This document shows, one piece after another, positions 23,701 to 36,949 of a DNA stretch of 64,000 bases (the first letter of the stretch is position 1; each line of letters begins with the position of its first letter). The notes beneath the pieces were generated by a model. That model had not been told where the DNA came from. It searched no databases and saw nothing but the letters and a program-made list of their open reading frames with translations. Location: positions 252,520 through 316,519 of the forward strand of contig JAAOMT010000094.1 of NCBI GenBank assembly GCA_016748015.1, in the 5' to 3' direction. This DNA is from Geosiphon pyriformis uo1. Its lineage: Eukaryota > Fungi > Glomeromycota. The translations under genes and the position numbers were made by a program.

Positions 23701-24525
23701 TTATTCCATGTTGAATATTCTATTGAAGAGAAATTTAAGATTTTGAATTTATTTTTTCGATAGCTTCTACTTACTTGATTTCCGAGGATTCAAATATTCC
23801 CAATGTTCTTCAATGAAGCGACAAATTTCATCTTTCCATTGAAAATATTTGCGATTACGATTGAGCTTTAGTAAATTGTACAGTGTCAGATGAACAATTG
23901 AAAGCCTAGATGTTAAAAGAGATTGTTTTTCATATCACGTGGATAAAAGCCAAAAGTCATAAATCAAATGGTTTGAGTCAAGAAAACAGGGTATTGTACC
24001 AGCTCATAGTTAATCGTTCATAAATTTCAGGACCTTGTCGACATACAGAACACTGAAAATTGTAAAATGTGTCACCGAATAATAATGGCTTGGTTAAAGA
24101 CTCTATGCACTCTGTCAAATGATGATCATACATTAGTGATTTTTAAACGAATAAACTCTCTGGCATCAATTCTAAACGACCAACAAAAGAAATTAAATGG
24201 GACTAACTAAAATGAAATAATTGACGGCAAGTAGCACATTCTAACATTGCCTCGTCACTATAAATATGAGGAAAATAGCTTTGTTAGAATTTCATATTTC
24301 AAAAGTTAAATTAAACTTGATTTGAAGTAAAACATACAGTTCTTTATCTTAACCACAATAACAATAAATTCCCTCAAGATTCACAGAGTGTTCCGGATCA
24401 AGCCAAGTCAATTTCAAAAGCTGTTTGCGAAAATTTCAATTCATGATAAGAAAAATTAACCTTGAGAACAAAGGTCAAGAAAGCAGGGTTACCTCGTAAG
24501 GAAAACTGAGGATTGGCGTCGCCAT
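20787..24525 (-). CDS. KAT14: KAT14/CSRP2BP (ATAC2)-like lysine acetyltransferase: N-terminal PHD + winged helix, C-terminal GNAT; 19 exons; one in-frame TAA at 24349-24351
   Basis: Manual GT-AG splicing gives MATPILSFPYE-LLKLTWLDPEHSVNLEGIYCYCG*DKELDEAMLECATCRQLFHFKC..KPLLFGDTFYNFQCSVC..WLSIVHLTLYNL..RLKRKLHLRRIKRDLGLKIFDLD..GRILRPYIFRDYELKPPKLKLL..SPIDYCYF..FWPGID..VVALYKRLVIGCAF..GWQKSGIGKFMLYHIIQ..GKDITLHVSANNPAMLIYQGLGFKAEEYIVNFYDKYLP..NAFFVRLRR*, which are hallmark CSRP2BP motifs. Boundaries of the middle low-complexity exons are less certain. Confidence 0.88.
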
Positions 24526-24639
24526 GATTTAAGTTTGAGAGGGAAAACAGGTATAAGCTCTTGTTGTTTTCTGTCGTTTTCTGTCATATGATCGGAGCCA
24601 TGTAAAGCTTTGAAAAAATAATTGCTTTGCTTTTAATTC

Positions 24640-25070
24640 TTAAAATTATTATTGAAGCATAAATTTATATATAGTAAAACCATAAATTAAAAAAAATTTT
24701 TATGTTTAATAAAATATATTACATTATAAGCAACTATAAACATAAATTGTATGTAACTAATTATTTAAACTTATTACTTATTTAACAAACCAAAAAAAAA
24801 AAGTTTTTTTTGTTTAAGTAATTTTTAATACCTATTTATTATAAACATATTTAAACATTTTATTTTTTTATAATATTTTATTTTATTATTTTGTATATTT
24901 ATATTTAATACAATTATTAAAATTAATTAAAATTAATTAATATTTATATTATAAATATTTAATAAATAAAATTTGTATTTATTTTTAACTTACTTAATAT
25001 TTTTAAGCAAATTAATAATTATATTAATAATATTTTTAATTTAGGCTTTTATAAAAATTAAAATTTTAAA
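24640..25070. other. Extremely AT-rich spacer upstream of the host gene
   Basis: Very few G or C over ~430 bp between the gene's 5' end and LINE 2. Confidence 0.7.
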
Positions 25071-28000
25071 ACTTTTTTCTCTTCTATGTTCAAACTCTTT
25101 AAAGCAATTTTTTCGAAAAAAAAGTTTGTGTTTTTGTTTTTTACTTATATTACTTTTAATATTTCTCAAGCTAATAATTTTTTTATAGTAAACTTAAAAA
25201 CTGTTTTAAGTAGTAATATGTCAAAAAAAAAAGACTTTCAAAAATGCTCTTTATAGTCCTGTTGATAGTATTTTTTCTTAAAAAAAAAGGTTTTTGGTCA
25301 AATCTGGTATTGATAATAATATGTTTTCAGATATGGATAATAAATTTAATAATAGTGAGATTAGTAATACTATAATGGGTTCAAGTAGTGGTTTTTTTTT
25401 TGGTTCAACTACAACAACTTTTAAAGCAAAAAAAATTAATATGAATTTAAATAGTGGCTTTTTTATTAATATAATTGACTTTAAAATAAATAAAAATAAC
25501 AATTCTTTTTTTTTCTTCTTAATATTTCTTTTGACAAAAAGTAGATTGATTCTAAAATAGTGAAGATTTAAGTCAAAATAACTATTAAAAAATCTTTTGT
25601 ATTGAATATTAATTTATTAGCCATAGAAAAAATTTAGTACCAGCAAAAACACAGTTTTTTAGAAATTTTTTATTAATAATTAATGATTTTAAAGAAGTTA
25701 TTAACTCTTTAAAATTTGAAAAAATTATTAGATTTATGTTTACATTAAAAAAAAGCATAGAAAAAACTGCATTATTGACTATAAAAAAAGAAATTATAAT
25801 AAATAATGATTTTAAAAGACAAAAAATCAAGTTAAATTAGACTATAGTAATCAAAAAAATTTTCATGAATATGTTAAAAAAAATAATTATCACTGTAATA
25901 GCTAAGTTTGGTGAAATAGTGTCAATTTAATTATAACTGATTGGACTATAACAGAAAACTGTAGTAAAATTTACCAAATTGAATTAGATTAAGCAGTTAG
26001 CAGTTAAATAGTCATTCTTAATTGGAAAAAATTCAGTGTATATAGCTAAAGCTATAAAAGATCACAAAACTTGGATGTTTAGAGATTATTTTAGAGCATT
26101 TTTATTTACTTTATTTGTAAAAAACAATAGCTTATAATTTGAATATTTTATTAAAAAAGACTGGTAGAAAGACTTGTATTATCAATTAGTCATTTAAAAC
26201 TAACAATAAAGTTTGTTGTGCTGTGATTGGCTTTAATACAGAAAATAATTTGGAATCTGTTTTTTGTACAAAGCCAATTTTTGGTGATATGAAACTTTTT
26301 TAGACCAGATTAAATTTGGTTCAGTGCAAGAGGTGTAAGTATTTTGGATATTTAGTCTTAAAATGTGATATGTTAAATACAGATGTTTTGTTTTCACTAA
26401 AGAATTATAAAAAAGTTACTTTAAAGGAAAATTATCTTTTGCTGGCTAGACTATATGCTATAAAAAAATGTTTCTATTTTCTATTTTACTGTCTTTGGTG
26501 ACAAATTTTGAGTGCAAGTGGTTTTATTTACTGCCTTTTTTAACAATACTCACTTTGGTTTTGGTTTTGAATTTTTTTTTCTGGTATATTATATGTCAAA
26601 AAGAGTCTTGTAATTGCTCAAAATAATTCATTTATTAGTGCTTGCTTGGCTTTTTTGGAGTTATTGGCTAATTAAATGTCAGATATTGTGTGAAAGCTAA
26701 GTATTATAGATCTGGTGTCTTTAGTGCTTTTGTCTTAATCTCTTCCTTTGACTGTGTCTGTTTTTTCAAATTCAAAATTGGATTTAAATATGCTTTTAAA
26801 TAACTTATTTATATTACTTATCTTTTTTTCTTTAATTGTAAATAATGTGGTTTTAGATTTGAATTTAAGTCAATCAAAAGTTCTAACTGCCAAAATAAGA
26901 GAATTGGAATCTAAAATGACAGCTTTTAAAGTTTTTATTGGTTTAGTTTTAGTAAGATTAGATTAATTGTGTATTAGCTTAAATTTTTGGTGTTTTTTTA
27001 TCTTAATAAATAATTTGGTCTGGAAAATTACCATGTGTAATATTCGAAGTATCAATGTTCCTGCTAAGTAAGAAGATATTGTTTATTGGCATATGAAATT
27101 AGAAAATATGGTTTTAATTATTACAAAAACAAAATTAAGATCTAGTATTAGGCTGTGGTTTATGAATAAGTTTAATAATATAAGAATTTTTACATTCAGT
27201 TTAGACAAAGGTTTTTTTGGTGCTGAAGTGACTATTGTTATAAATAGTTTTCTGGCTTATTATGTTTTAAAAGAGAAAAAATTTTTTGGTTAAGTTATTT
27301 TAGTGTATTTTTTATTTAAAGGCAAACTATTAGTTATAATTTTGGATTTGTATACTGGTGTTTTTGCTGAAACTAAGTTTGGTCAAGCTTTGAAAATCAA
27401 TTTGCTTATTATTAAAGCAGTTAACTTTAGCACTTTTGTGGTTTTGGATGAGATTTTAATAAAAATAGTTTAAAAAAAAGTACAAGTTTCAAGTTTTGTG
27501 TAAATTTGGGCTTGGTCAACTCATTTAGTAGACATCTATTAAACAAAACTCATATTTGAAGCAATTTTAGAGACATTAAAAAAGTTATAAATTTCATATT
27601 TGTGAATTGAAATCTGGTATTTGTGGTTGCTAATTATAAAATTGACACTGTGTTTAAGTTTTTTAATACTGATTATGAAACAGTTTTCATTGCAATTAGT
27701 TTAGGTAGTCTTTTAAATACTTACTTCAATAGTAATTATAAGGAGACTAATAAAAATAAGTGAAAATTTAGGATTAAGAATATTAATATTAATAAGTGAT
27801 TATAATTTAAGAAGTGTTTATTGAGCAAATTCTTAAAAAAAATGGTTAAATTTAATAATGCAAGAGGTTGTGGTAACTTAGATGCTATATAAGAGATTTT
27901 AAAAAAGATAGTAGTTAGCTCTGCTATTGAAATGTTTTTTAAACTTTGGTTTAGTGAGTTCAAATGTTTAAAAAATAAGCAATTATTGAAGTTTTTCAAG

Positions 28001-29914
28001 CTAGAATTGTTGGTTGCCAAAATTATAAAGAGTTTGAGTTTAAATCAAGATTTAAAAACTGATTATTTTTTTAATATCTGGTCTACTATTAATAAAAAAG
28101 CAGCTTTTAAAACGTGTATTATAATTGATAATAGTAAAAATTTGGAAAAAATTCTATGTTATCTATTAAAAGTCAAGAAAAGTTACCAAAAATCTAAGTA
28201 CTATAAATTCAAAATTGTCAAAAATAACTTCATTAAAAAAGCTATAGACAAATATATAAATAATTTTTGTTTTGATAAGAAAAGAAAAATTAAAAGTGTT
28301 TTAGATTGACTATTTTAAAAAGTGGTACTTGACTATTTGATAGTTTATAATAAATTAATTCTGGAGTTGTATAAAGTTAAGTTTATAACTAACAAGATTA
28401 TAAAAAAATAGACAGAAAAATATGTAATGCCCAGTGCTTGGTTTAATTATTGGTTCAATTAATATGCTCTTCTAAATTATGTCAATAATAATGCTTTTAC
28501 AAAAGTAATAAATGAAATTAAGTTTAATAAGTTTCTTTAAATTGTTAAGGATCTGTCTAATAAAAAAGCCACTAATTTTTCAGATACTTTTAATAAGCTC
28601 TGAAAACATGGTAATGAGCAGGTGTTGATTGATTTGTTGAATATTTTCAATATGTGTTTAATATTAAATACAGTTCTCATACAATTGAAACAAGCCTGAG
28701 TTTTTATAATACCAAAGTCATATGACTGAAAAGAAATTCTTATTAATATTAGACCAATAATTTTAATTAAAACAGTTTAAAAAATCTTATCTAAGATTTT
28801 TTCAAATAGAATGTCTTTAGTTTGCAGTAAATTTGACATTTTACATAAGGATAACTTTTCAGTTCTAAAAGGCATATCTACTTAAACTTTAATTTTTGCC
28901 ATTGGTTTAATAATTGAGAATACATTAGAAAAAAACAGAGAACTGTAATTGGTTCTTTAAGATATATAAAAAACAAATGACTTTGTTAGTTGGTTTTATT
29001 TGCAAAACAGTTTAAATAAGATCAAGATGTGTCTTTATTTTATTAAGTTTTTTGGAAATATACATAACAATTAAATCAATTAAATAATGATAGATTTTGG
29101 GCTTATGGATAGATATAATGTTCATGATAGTTTAAATCAAAAGAAAGTTTTTTTACTACTGCTGTAAAAGATCTTTTATGATCTTTTACTTTGTGAAATC
29201 AAAAGACATAAGAATTTGTATAACTACAAGTTGAATTCAAAGTTTTTTACAAGGACTGGCAAGTGGAATTCTAGGAGTAGCAAAACATTTTTTCTGACAG
29301 TTAGAATACTTGTGGGTAATACTATTTAGATTGAAAATAACATGTCTGCTACTTAATGTATTTTGAATATAGCTAATAAATTTTTTCAAATCAATGATAT
29401 TTTAATTAACATGAAAAAAACAGTTGCCATATTTATTAATCAAAAATAGAAGTTTCTCAGTTGTTAATTAGTAAATTAAGCATTTTAATAACAAAAAAAA
29501 GTGAATTTCATAAATACTTGGGCATTTTTTTGTCCACAAATGATCTCTTTAAACTTAGTTTTATCAAAGCTTACTCAAATATTAAGTTTTTTACAAACAT
29601 AGTTTTAAGGAAAACTGTTTTGGACAAGCAATTTTTATATTTGGTTTTTGTAGTTCTTTAGCCCATTATTGATTATAAGATGCAATTTAGTTATATTTTA
29701 CCAAATGTGTGCAAAAAATAGAACAAATATTAAGAAAAAGACTAAAGCTTAAGGCCAATCTACCCAAAAACTTTTTTAATGATGCTATTTCTCATTTTAA
29801 ATTGTATAGTCTCAAGTTATTTGGGCAGATACAGATTAAAAATTTGATGGCTAGTTTGGTCAACTTTGCCAATTTAGAAGATATTTTTAACAGATTGTTT
29901 AAATACAGAACTAT

Positions 29915-30617
29915 TGTTATGGGTTGAAATAACAAGCTAACGGATAGCAAAGGAGAACAAGATTGTAGGGTAATGAAAATAATCAAAGGGAAATTCAACT
30001 TTAAAGAGCGAATTGAATGAGTATGGATTCAATGTATAAGATTAGTCTCATAAAATATCTCAGTCGCTATTCTTTTCAAAGGTAACTGGGGAATTTGAAG
30101 GTAGAGGAATAGTCCGTACTGTCAACAATTGATCACCACTGATATAATTCTATGCCTCATGTCGACGCTCTTAGAATTCAATATCAGATATCAACTTGTG
30201 CTTTTTAGTCACGTTTATTCAAATAATCTTTAAATGCTATAATTATATATGTTAGGAAAAGGCCAACAAGTAATCTTTTATCCTAAGATGTTTGGATACT
30301 TGAAGGTAGAGAAAGGGAAATTAGCGATAAGAGAGTGATTAAGATGAAAGTTGTTATTTTTATTTATTTGATTCTTGTCTGAGAGATGATTTTTTACAGT
30401 TAAGAAACTCATTGCTTATATAGCTATTGAAAGTGGTCAATGACCAGGTTAACAACTAGGTCAATAATCAGGTCAATGATCAAATCAATGATCAGGTCAA
30501 CGGTTAAGTCATTGATCAAGTCAATGATCACTATTTAAAAATAGAATGACTAATTATATAACATCAGTGACTAATACATGTGATAATTAATAAAAATTAT
30601 GGGTTTCAACCATAACA
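29915..30617 (-). repeat. 3' LTR of element C
   Basis: Direct repeat of 36956-37682; 12-bp GGTCAATGATCA array at ~30434-30530. Confidence 0.95.
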
Positions 30618-31339
30618 TCATCCTCTCCAAAGAGATTGAGCTTCAGCGAAATCAAGCTATTTATAGAGTATTCTAATTGAAGGGTTTTGTTTAACTCAAA
30701 ACTAACTAGTTTGTTGAAGTCTTTTGTGGATAGAATATATAGTACTTGAGGTGAAATAAGCTTTGTATTCAAGAGACCAAATCTTTGTATAAGAGTTTTG
30801 GCTCTTCTTGCAATGGTCAAAACTCTTGGAACATCTAAACGTATAATGCTTAAAATTTTCACTTGTATCTCTGAAGTTGTTTTCTTCATAAGCTTTATTT
30901 CTTCTATAATTTTACCAAGACAACCATAGAGTTCTAGTTGCCTTCCATATGACAAGTTTTTGTGTATGGGCAAGATTTCCTTAATCATTTTTCCAATTGT
31001 TATGGAAGGTGTAAGTATTGCTGCTGTTATGCTTTTCAGCAAATACTTATCCATTTTGCTACCAATTCTTTCTCTTCTGGTAGTGGTTTTCTTTGATCTA
31101 ATAACAGTATGTGTTCTACTGTTATCAGTTATGGTGGTTTGTTTTCTAATGGTCAGAGTAGCATTTGGATAATTTTTGATCCAGTACTTATAGAGAGTAT
31201 AGAAAGCATTTTGAATGTTTTGATCTAGAAAATAATTGTTCATGTCAATCAAAGATACCTCTGTTTTGGGAATAGTGTATTTATTTATATCTGATTTTTG
31301 TTGATTATTTGGGTTGGTATTATCACAACAGGTAACCAA
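30587..31339 (-). CDS. Accessory ORF3 of element C (stop-free for 250 codons; first ATG at 31243 gives 218 aa); overlaps the PPT and U3
   Basis: From the ORF track. Lies downstream of integrase. Weak match to the ORF3 pattern (LYGCLG..IARRAKTL..ISPQVL..DFNKL). No signal peptide or TM segment is apparent. Confidence 0.7.
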   Translation of the reverse strand: MVTCCDNTNPNNQQKSDINKYTIPKTEVSLIDMNNYFLDQNIQNAFYTLYKYWIKNYPNATLTIRKQTTITDNSRTHTVIRSKKTTTRRERIGSKMDKYLLKSITAAILTPSITIGKMIKEILPIHKNLSYGRQLELYGCLGKIIEEIKLMKKTTSEIQVKILSIIRLDVPRVLTIARRAKTLIQRFGLLNTKLISPQVLYILSTKDFNKLVSFELNKTLQLEYSINSLISLKLNLFGEDDVMVETHNFY

Positions 31340-31365
31340 TCAGGTTGTTTGTGATATTTTTTGAG

Positions 31366-34300
31366 TCATGTGCTATGAACAGGGCGATCATTGAAGATTG
31401 TTTCATATTGATCTTGTAAGATATAAGAACCATTGTTCAAAACTTTGTTGACTATAAAGGGTTCTTTCCACCAGCTAGAGAATTTATCACCATAGACATT
31501 GTCTCTGTCTGAACAGTATTCTAAAATTAAGTGACCAACACTTAAGGAAAGTGTTTTATATGGTTTCTTTTTTTTAAGCTTTTCTTGAAATTGTTTTATC
31601 TTTTCAAAGGCAATTATCCATGCTTCTACTAATGAGTCAAGAATGGTACCAAGTCTTTTTTGCAAAATGTCTTTGTAATTCCCTATTGTTATTTCTTCAA
31701 AAGGTATTGTCTCAATATCAGTTTCTATTGGTAGGGTTGCCATTCATTCATAGAGTAGATAAAAGGGTTCATAACTTGTAATGTTATGATTCACAGTTCT
31801 ATAAGTGAACAAAGCTGAAGGCAGTACTTTGTCCCATAAATTTGTTTTTTTGCTGGTTTTGGCTAGGGTTTCACATAGTGTTCTATTGAAATGTTCCACT
31901 AGGCCATTTGTTTGGGGGTAATAAGGAAAGGAAAGTTTGTAACATATTCCCATTTTTCTGCAAAGTTCTTCAACAAGTGTACTGAGAAAAGCTCTTCTTC
32001 TGTCAGATAAAAGTTCTTTAGGGCAGCCATGGTAACAAATGATATTTTCATAAATGAATTTGGCTATTGAGACTGCTGTTTGGTCTGGAATGGCTCTTGC
32101 TTTTACCCACTTTGTAAGATAGTCAGTAGTTGTGATAATGTATCTGTTGCTATTAGGAGTTATTGTTAAAGGTCCAACAATATCTATACCAATTCTGTCA
32201 AAGGGTTGACCAATAAAGATTGGATGGATATCTTCTTTGCGATTGGGTTTTCCTTTTCTTTGGCAGATATCACAGGTTTTGATGTATTCAGCAATGTCTT
32301 TTCCCAAGATAGGCCAATAATAATGAGCTAGAGTTTTCTGAATTGTTTTTGTTTTTTTAAAGTGTCCAGCTAATGGATCAGTGTGCATATTGTAGATCAC
32401 AATTTCTTTTTCTTCAAATCTGATGACTTTTTGGGGGTGGTTAGGATTTTTTCTATTTCTTTTATAAAGTTGGTTCTGGTGAATCAAATAGAAATTTGAT
32501 TGTTTGCACAAATGTTCTCTTTGTTGTTATGTGTATTTTGGTGGATATTGTTCTTTATCCAAAAATTCCATTAAGACAGAGTAGTTGTCCAAGTCCATTA
32601 TTGTGTTTGTCAAAAAGGAGGGAATTACTAATAATTAAGTTGGTTTGGTTTGAAAGAGTTGTTCTGTTACTAGATGGTAAGTCTGAAGAGAGCATCAGTA
32701 TTTTGATGATTAGCTCCTTTGTGATGTTGAATATCATAGTCAAATTCATCTAAGTAGAGTATTCAGTGAGTTATCTATTTGTGTTCTAGCCTCTTTTTGT
32801 TGTACAGCCAAACCAAAGCTTGGTGATCTGTTACCACCAAAAACTTCACACCAAGAAAATACTTGCTCCAGTAACTGGTGGACCATACTACTGCTAAGCA
32901 TTCTTGTTCAGTGACTGAATAGTTCTGTTCTGCTGGGGAAAGGGTTCTACTGACATAGGCTATGGCATGTTTTTTGCCATCTTCATCTTTCTGGGAGAGA
33001 ACAGCACCAAGTTCAAAGCCAGATGCATTAGTGTAAAGGATAAAGGGTCAATCTAGATCAGGTTGCTTGAGAATGGGTTTTGTAACCAGTTTTTCCTTTA
33101 AAGTTTCAAAGGCTTTTTGCTAATATGTTCCCCAATGGTAATTGACATTTTTTCTGAGTAGCTGATTGAAAGGAGAGGTGATTTTGGAGAAATCTTTGAC
33201 AAATTTGTGATAATAAAAGGCCAAACCAAGAAAAGAGCGTAGTTCATGAATGTTCATTGGTTGTTTAATGTTTTGGACTTTTTCAACTTTGGCTGGGTCA
33301 GGAAAGATTCCATCTTTTGTAATAAAATGACCAAGAAACTGGGTGGATTGTCTTCCAAAGAAAGATTTGATTGAGTTGATCTTGAGGCCAGCATTTCTGA
33401 GGAGGTCAAAAACTTTTTGCAAATGTTCCAGATGTTCATTCCAGGTTTTTGAGTATATCATTATGTTATCCAAATAGACTAGAACAAATTTTTTCTTGAC
33501 TGATTCAAATACTTTATCCATTAAGCATTGAAAGGTGGAAGGGACATTGGTGAGACCAAAAGGCATGACTGTGAATTCATAGGTGCCATACTTGGTGATG
33601 AAGGCAGTTTTCTTTCTGCTTTCTGGATCCATCTCTACTTGCCAGAATCCAGCAGTTAAGTCGATAATTGAGAAGAAAGCAGCATTTTTAAATTGGTCTA
33701 ACATTGCATCAATCTTGGGAAGTGGGTACATGTCTCTTTCAGTGATGGCATTTAATTGGCAATAGTCAACACAGAAGTGTAGTGTTCCACCTTTCTTGGA
33801 TACTACTACAACTGGGAAAGCCCATTCACTCTTGATTTCTTGTATGAATCCAAGTTTTTTCATCCAGTTTATCTCTTTTTTGATAAACTCATCATTGTGC
33901 CAATTGAATTGATAAGGCTTCAAATAGATGGGTCAAGTTTCTCTGGTGGTAATGGTGTGTTGTATCACATAAGTATGTCCAGAGGTATTACCTTCTTTGA
34001 AGATAACTGGACTATTTCTAGCCAGCAAATTTTCAATGTCTATTTTTTTTCTTTTGGGGAGGGTTTTTTTTGTTCTACAACTAGTGATTGGATCTCAGGT
34101 GGTTTATTCTCAAAGGACTTCTGTACTTCTTTCAATTCTTCTTTGGGTATTAAACTGATTGGTTCCCAATCTCTGTAATAGATCAGGCATAATTTGCATT
34201 CATTGCTTGGAGAATACAAGGGTTTGTTGCACCAACACCAGACATAAGGACCATGCCACCAAAAACTGTATTTGGCTTTCTTGCCAGGTTTTCTTTCAAA

Positions 34301-36903
34301 GGTTCTTCTAAGAATATCATAATAAGGCCAGCAGATTAGCTTGCCATTTACAATGATTCCTTCTTTATCTGCTTTAACATTGTCCAGTGGTTTGCCATTG
34401 TTGGTGAAGGTGGTATAGGCAAGTTCAGCAGTTTCTTCTTGTTCTTCTTGTTCTTCTTCATCATCACTCTCTTCATCATTTGATTCATCTGATTGTTCTT
34501 CTTCTTGGTTTTGTTTGGATACTGGAGGAGTTGTCCAATGGCGACACTTAACCACAATGGGTTTCTCACCACATCTGATGGTTAATTCACAAAGTTCATA
34601 ATCAAGCAAAGCTTTTGCTTTCTTGAGCCATTTATTGCCAACAATGATGGTGTATTCTTTGGCTTCAGAAACTTTCATGTTAGTTTCAATGCTAATTTTA
34701 TTGATGTGGTCAGAAACAGCTTTGGCAATACCCAGTCCTTTCTTTTTGTTACCATGCACATTGGTCATTGGTCTGGTAGAAGGTTCATCAATTTTTCTAC
34801 CAATTGCTTCCAAGAAGTGTTTGGCAATAACACTAACAGATAATCTAATGTCCAAAATTAAGTCAATGAAGTATCCAACCATTTAGGCTTTACAAATCAG
34901 AGGGGTGACATTGCTGTTGTCAGCAAGTCCAGCTTGGCAAGGGCACTTGTTGGTTTTTGGTGTCTTCTTCTTTGGGATCAAGGATTTGCAAAGATCCTTT
35001 CTGAACTGTAGGTGGGTCATTAACTGGCCAAAAGTAATATGTGCTGGGGTTTCTATGAAATCTTTGACAATGGAATAGGGTCCAGATTTTTGTACAATTT
35101 CTGGGGGTTCCAACTTTGGAGGATTCTTAAAGACTTTAGCCTTTGGTGGCTCATTGTTATTAGCAACAGAAGTTGAGGCTTTGTTGGGGTCTAGAACGAA
35201 ATCAACCTTGGCTTTCTTCTTCTTTCTGGTTGGTTCTGAAGTGTTAATTGCTAGTTCATCCATGTCATGGTTATCATTAGTTAAGTTAAAAGTGTAAAAA
35301 AGGTTTTTTTCTGGTTGGCTTGTACTCTTACCCTTTGGAGGTGCGCCTACCAGTTTAAAGACTAATAAACAGTGGCTTCAACTAGGGGATCCTCTCCAAA
35401 GAAATTAATGTTGGCATGATTGGGTCTTTGATTGGGGACATTGTTGTTGTTGTTGGGTCTGTTGTTTTGGTTGTCATTGTTTCTGGGAGCTAGAAGAGGC
35501 AGTGGAGAATTGTTACAATCTCTTGAATAATGTCCAGTTAATCCACAATGATAGCACACAGGTGGGCCATGATTTTGCTGTTTTTAATAGGAAGGTTGCT
35601 GGGGCTGGTTAAAATGAGGTTTGTATCTAGGTCTTAATGGTTGCTGGTTATCTCTGACTGCTTGTGCCAAAGATTCTAATAACCGGGCAAGATTGGCTGT
35701 GAGTCTATCAATTAATTGTTCATTTGGATCTTGAGTTTGGGCAGCAAAAAAAGCAGCAGCCATTTGAAGGGCAGGAGCCATGACAGGAGCAGGAGCAAAA
35801 ACTGGAAGTATAGATCCTAAATGTATTCTTTGGTTGTCTTCAATTCATTGGACAAGTTTAATGGCCATGTTCATTGTAGGGTTGTTTTTTAGGGCCAAGA
35901 GAGGCCAAAGAGCATAAGATAAATTGGTTCTCAATTTTTTTGTGAAGGAATGAATCTTTTGTTCTTCTGTCCAGTTTCTCTCAGAGTCTATACATTTGAT
36001 TAGCTTTCTAATAGCTTTGGCATATTCAGTCACTACTTTTCTAGAGCCTTGGATTCTTCTTTTCAATTCCATGCACCATTTGGATATTAATATTGGGGTT
36101 CTGAACTTGGCCTCAAATCGGGTAGTAAAAAAGGTATTTTCTTTTCCAGCATTAATTGGTGTCCATCTAATTATTCTGTGTTGAGCATTGGCATCTGTTT
36201 TTTGTGAGAACCAGATAGCAGAAGAGCCTTGGAGGTAGCCACTAACAATTTGGAACTTGTATTTTTCATCATACTGGTTGGCTGTGGCAGCTCTTTCAAA
36301 ATCATCCAACCATTTAATTGGATCTTGTGCATCACCTCTAAATAGTGGTAGTGGAATATTGTTTCTTCTTTCTAGAGCAGTTTGTATACCTTGGAGGGGG
36401 GCCAGAATGTTTGCTTGCATGGAGTCATTAGCCATTGGTTCAGGGGTAACTGTTTGTGTAAACGAGTCTGATTTGCTTGATAAAAGGTCAAAAACAGGAG
36501 CAGTTTGGTAGCTTTCTTTTTCTGTTTCAAAGGGAGTTTCAGTTGCTTGATGGACAGCAATCCAAATGTGGATTTGATGATTCAGATATTCGAAATCAGA
36601 GGGCTGTTGTTCAAAGGTTGCAGAATATAAGAGCTGATTGATACTGTTGTTTCTTTCTTCAAAGTCGTTTTCAAAATAAGCTTGGTCAAAGTAATAGGTT
36701 GTATAAGCTGTATAGGTTTCAGCTGAATGCTCATTTAGGAACCAGTTTCAAAAGTCTTGGAATTGTCTACTGGATTGTTCTTCAAGGGGGAAGCAGATCA
36801 AGCAGGAGGGCAGAGGATTAAGTTCAATGAAATCTAGGTCGTTTCTATTGTGTACTGCAAAGTGTTCTTCTGAATGCTGTGGCAGATATAAGTAATCACT
36901 CAT
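31366..36903 (-). pseudogene. gag-pol: Degenerate gag-pol of element C: Gag with CCHC knuckle, protease, RT, RNase H, integrase
   Basis: ATG at 36903. Motifs CYHCGLTGHYSRDC; LILD(SG); MPFGLTNVPSTFQ..VLVYLDN; HTDPLAGH..CDIC; IGIDIVGP; YYPQTNGLVEHFNRTL. Confidence 0.93.
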
Positions 36904-36932
36904 ACAATGAGAGAATAAGTGAATTTTGACAA

Positions 36933-36949
36933 CCTCACAGGGAGCACCA
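36933..36949 (-). promoter_or_regulatory. Primer-binding site of element C
   Basis: Minus strand TGGTGCTCCCTGTGAGG, 6 nt from the LTR end. Confidence 0.9.

Noticed and set aside
30434-30530. Short repeat arrays as CRISPR-like loci (also 3822-4010 and 47763-47930)
   Set aside because: The units are contiguous with no unique spacers, sit inside LTR U3 regions, and the context is eukaryotic with no cas genes.
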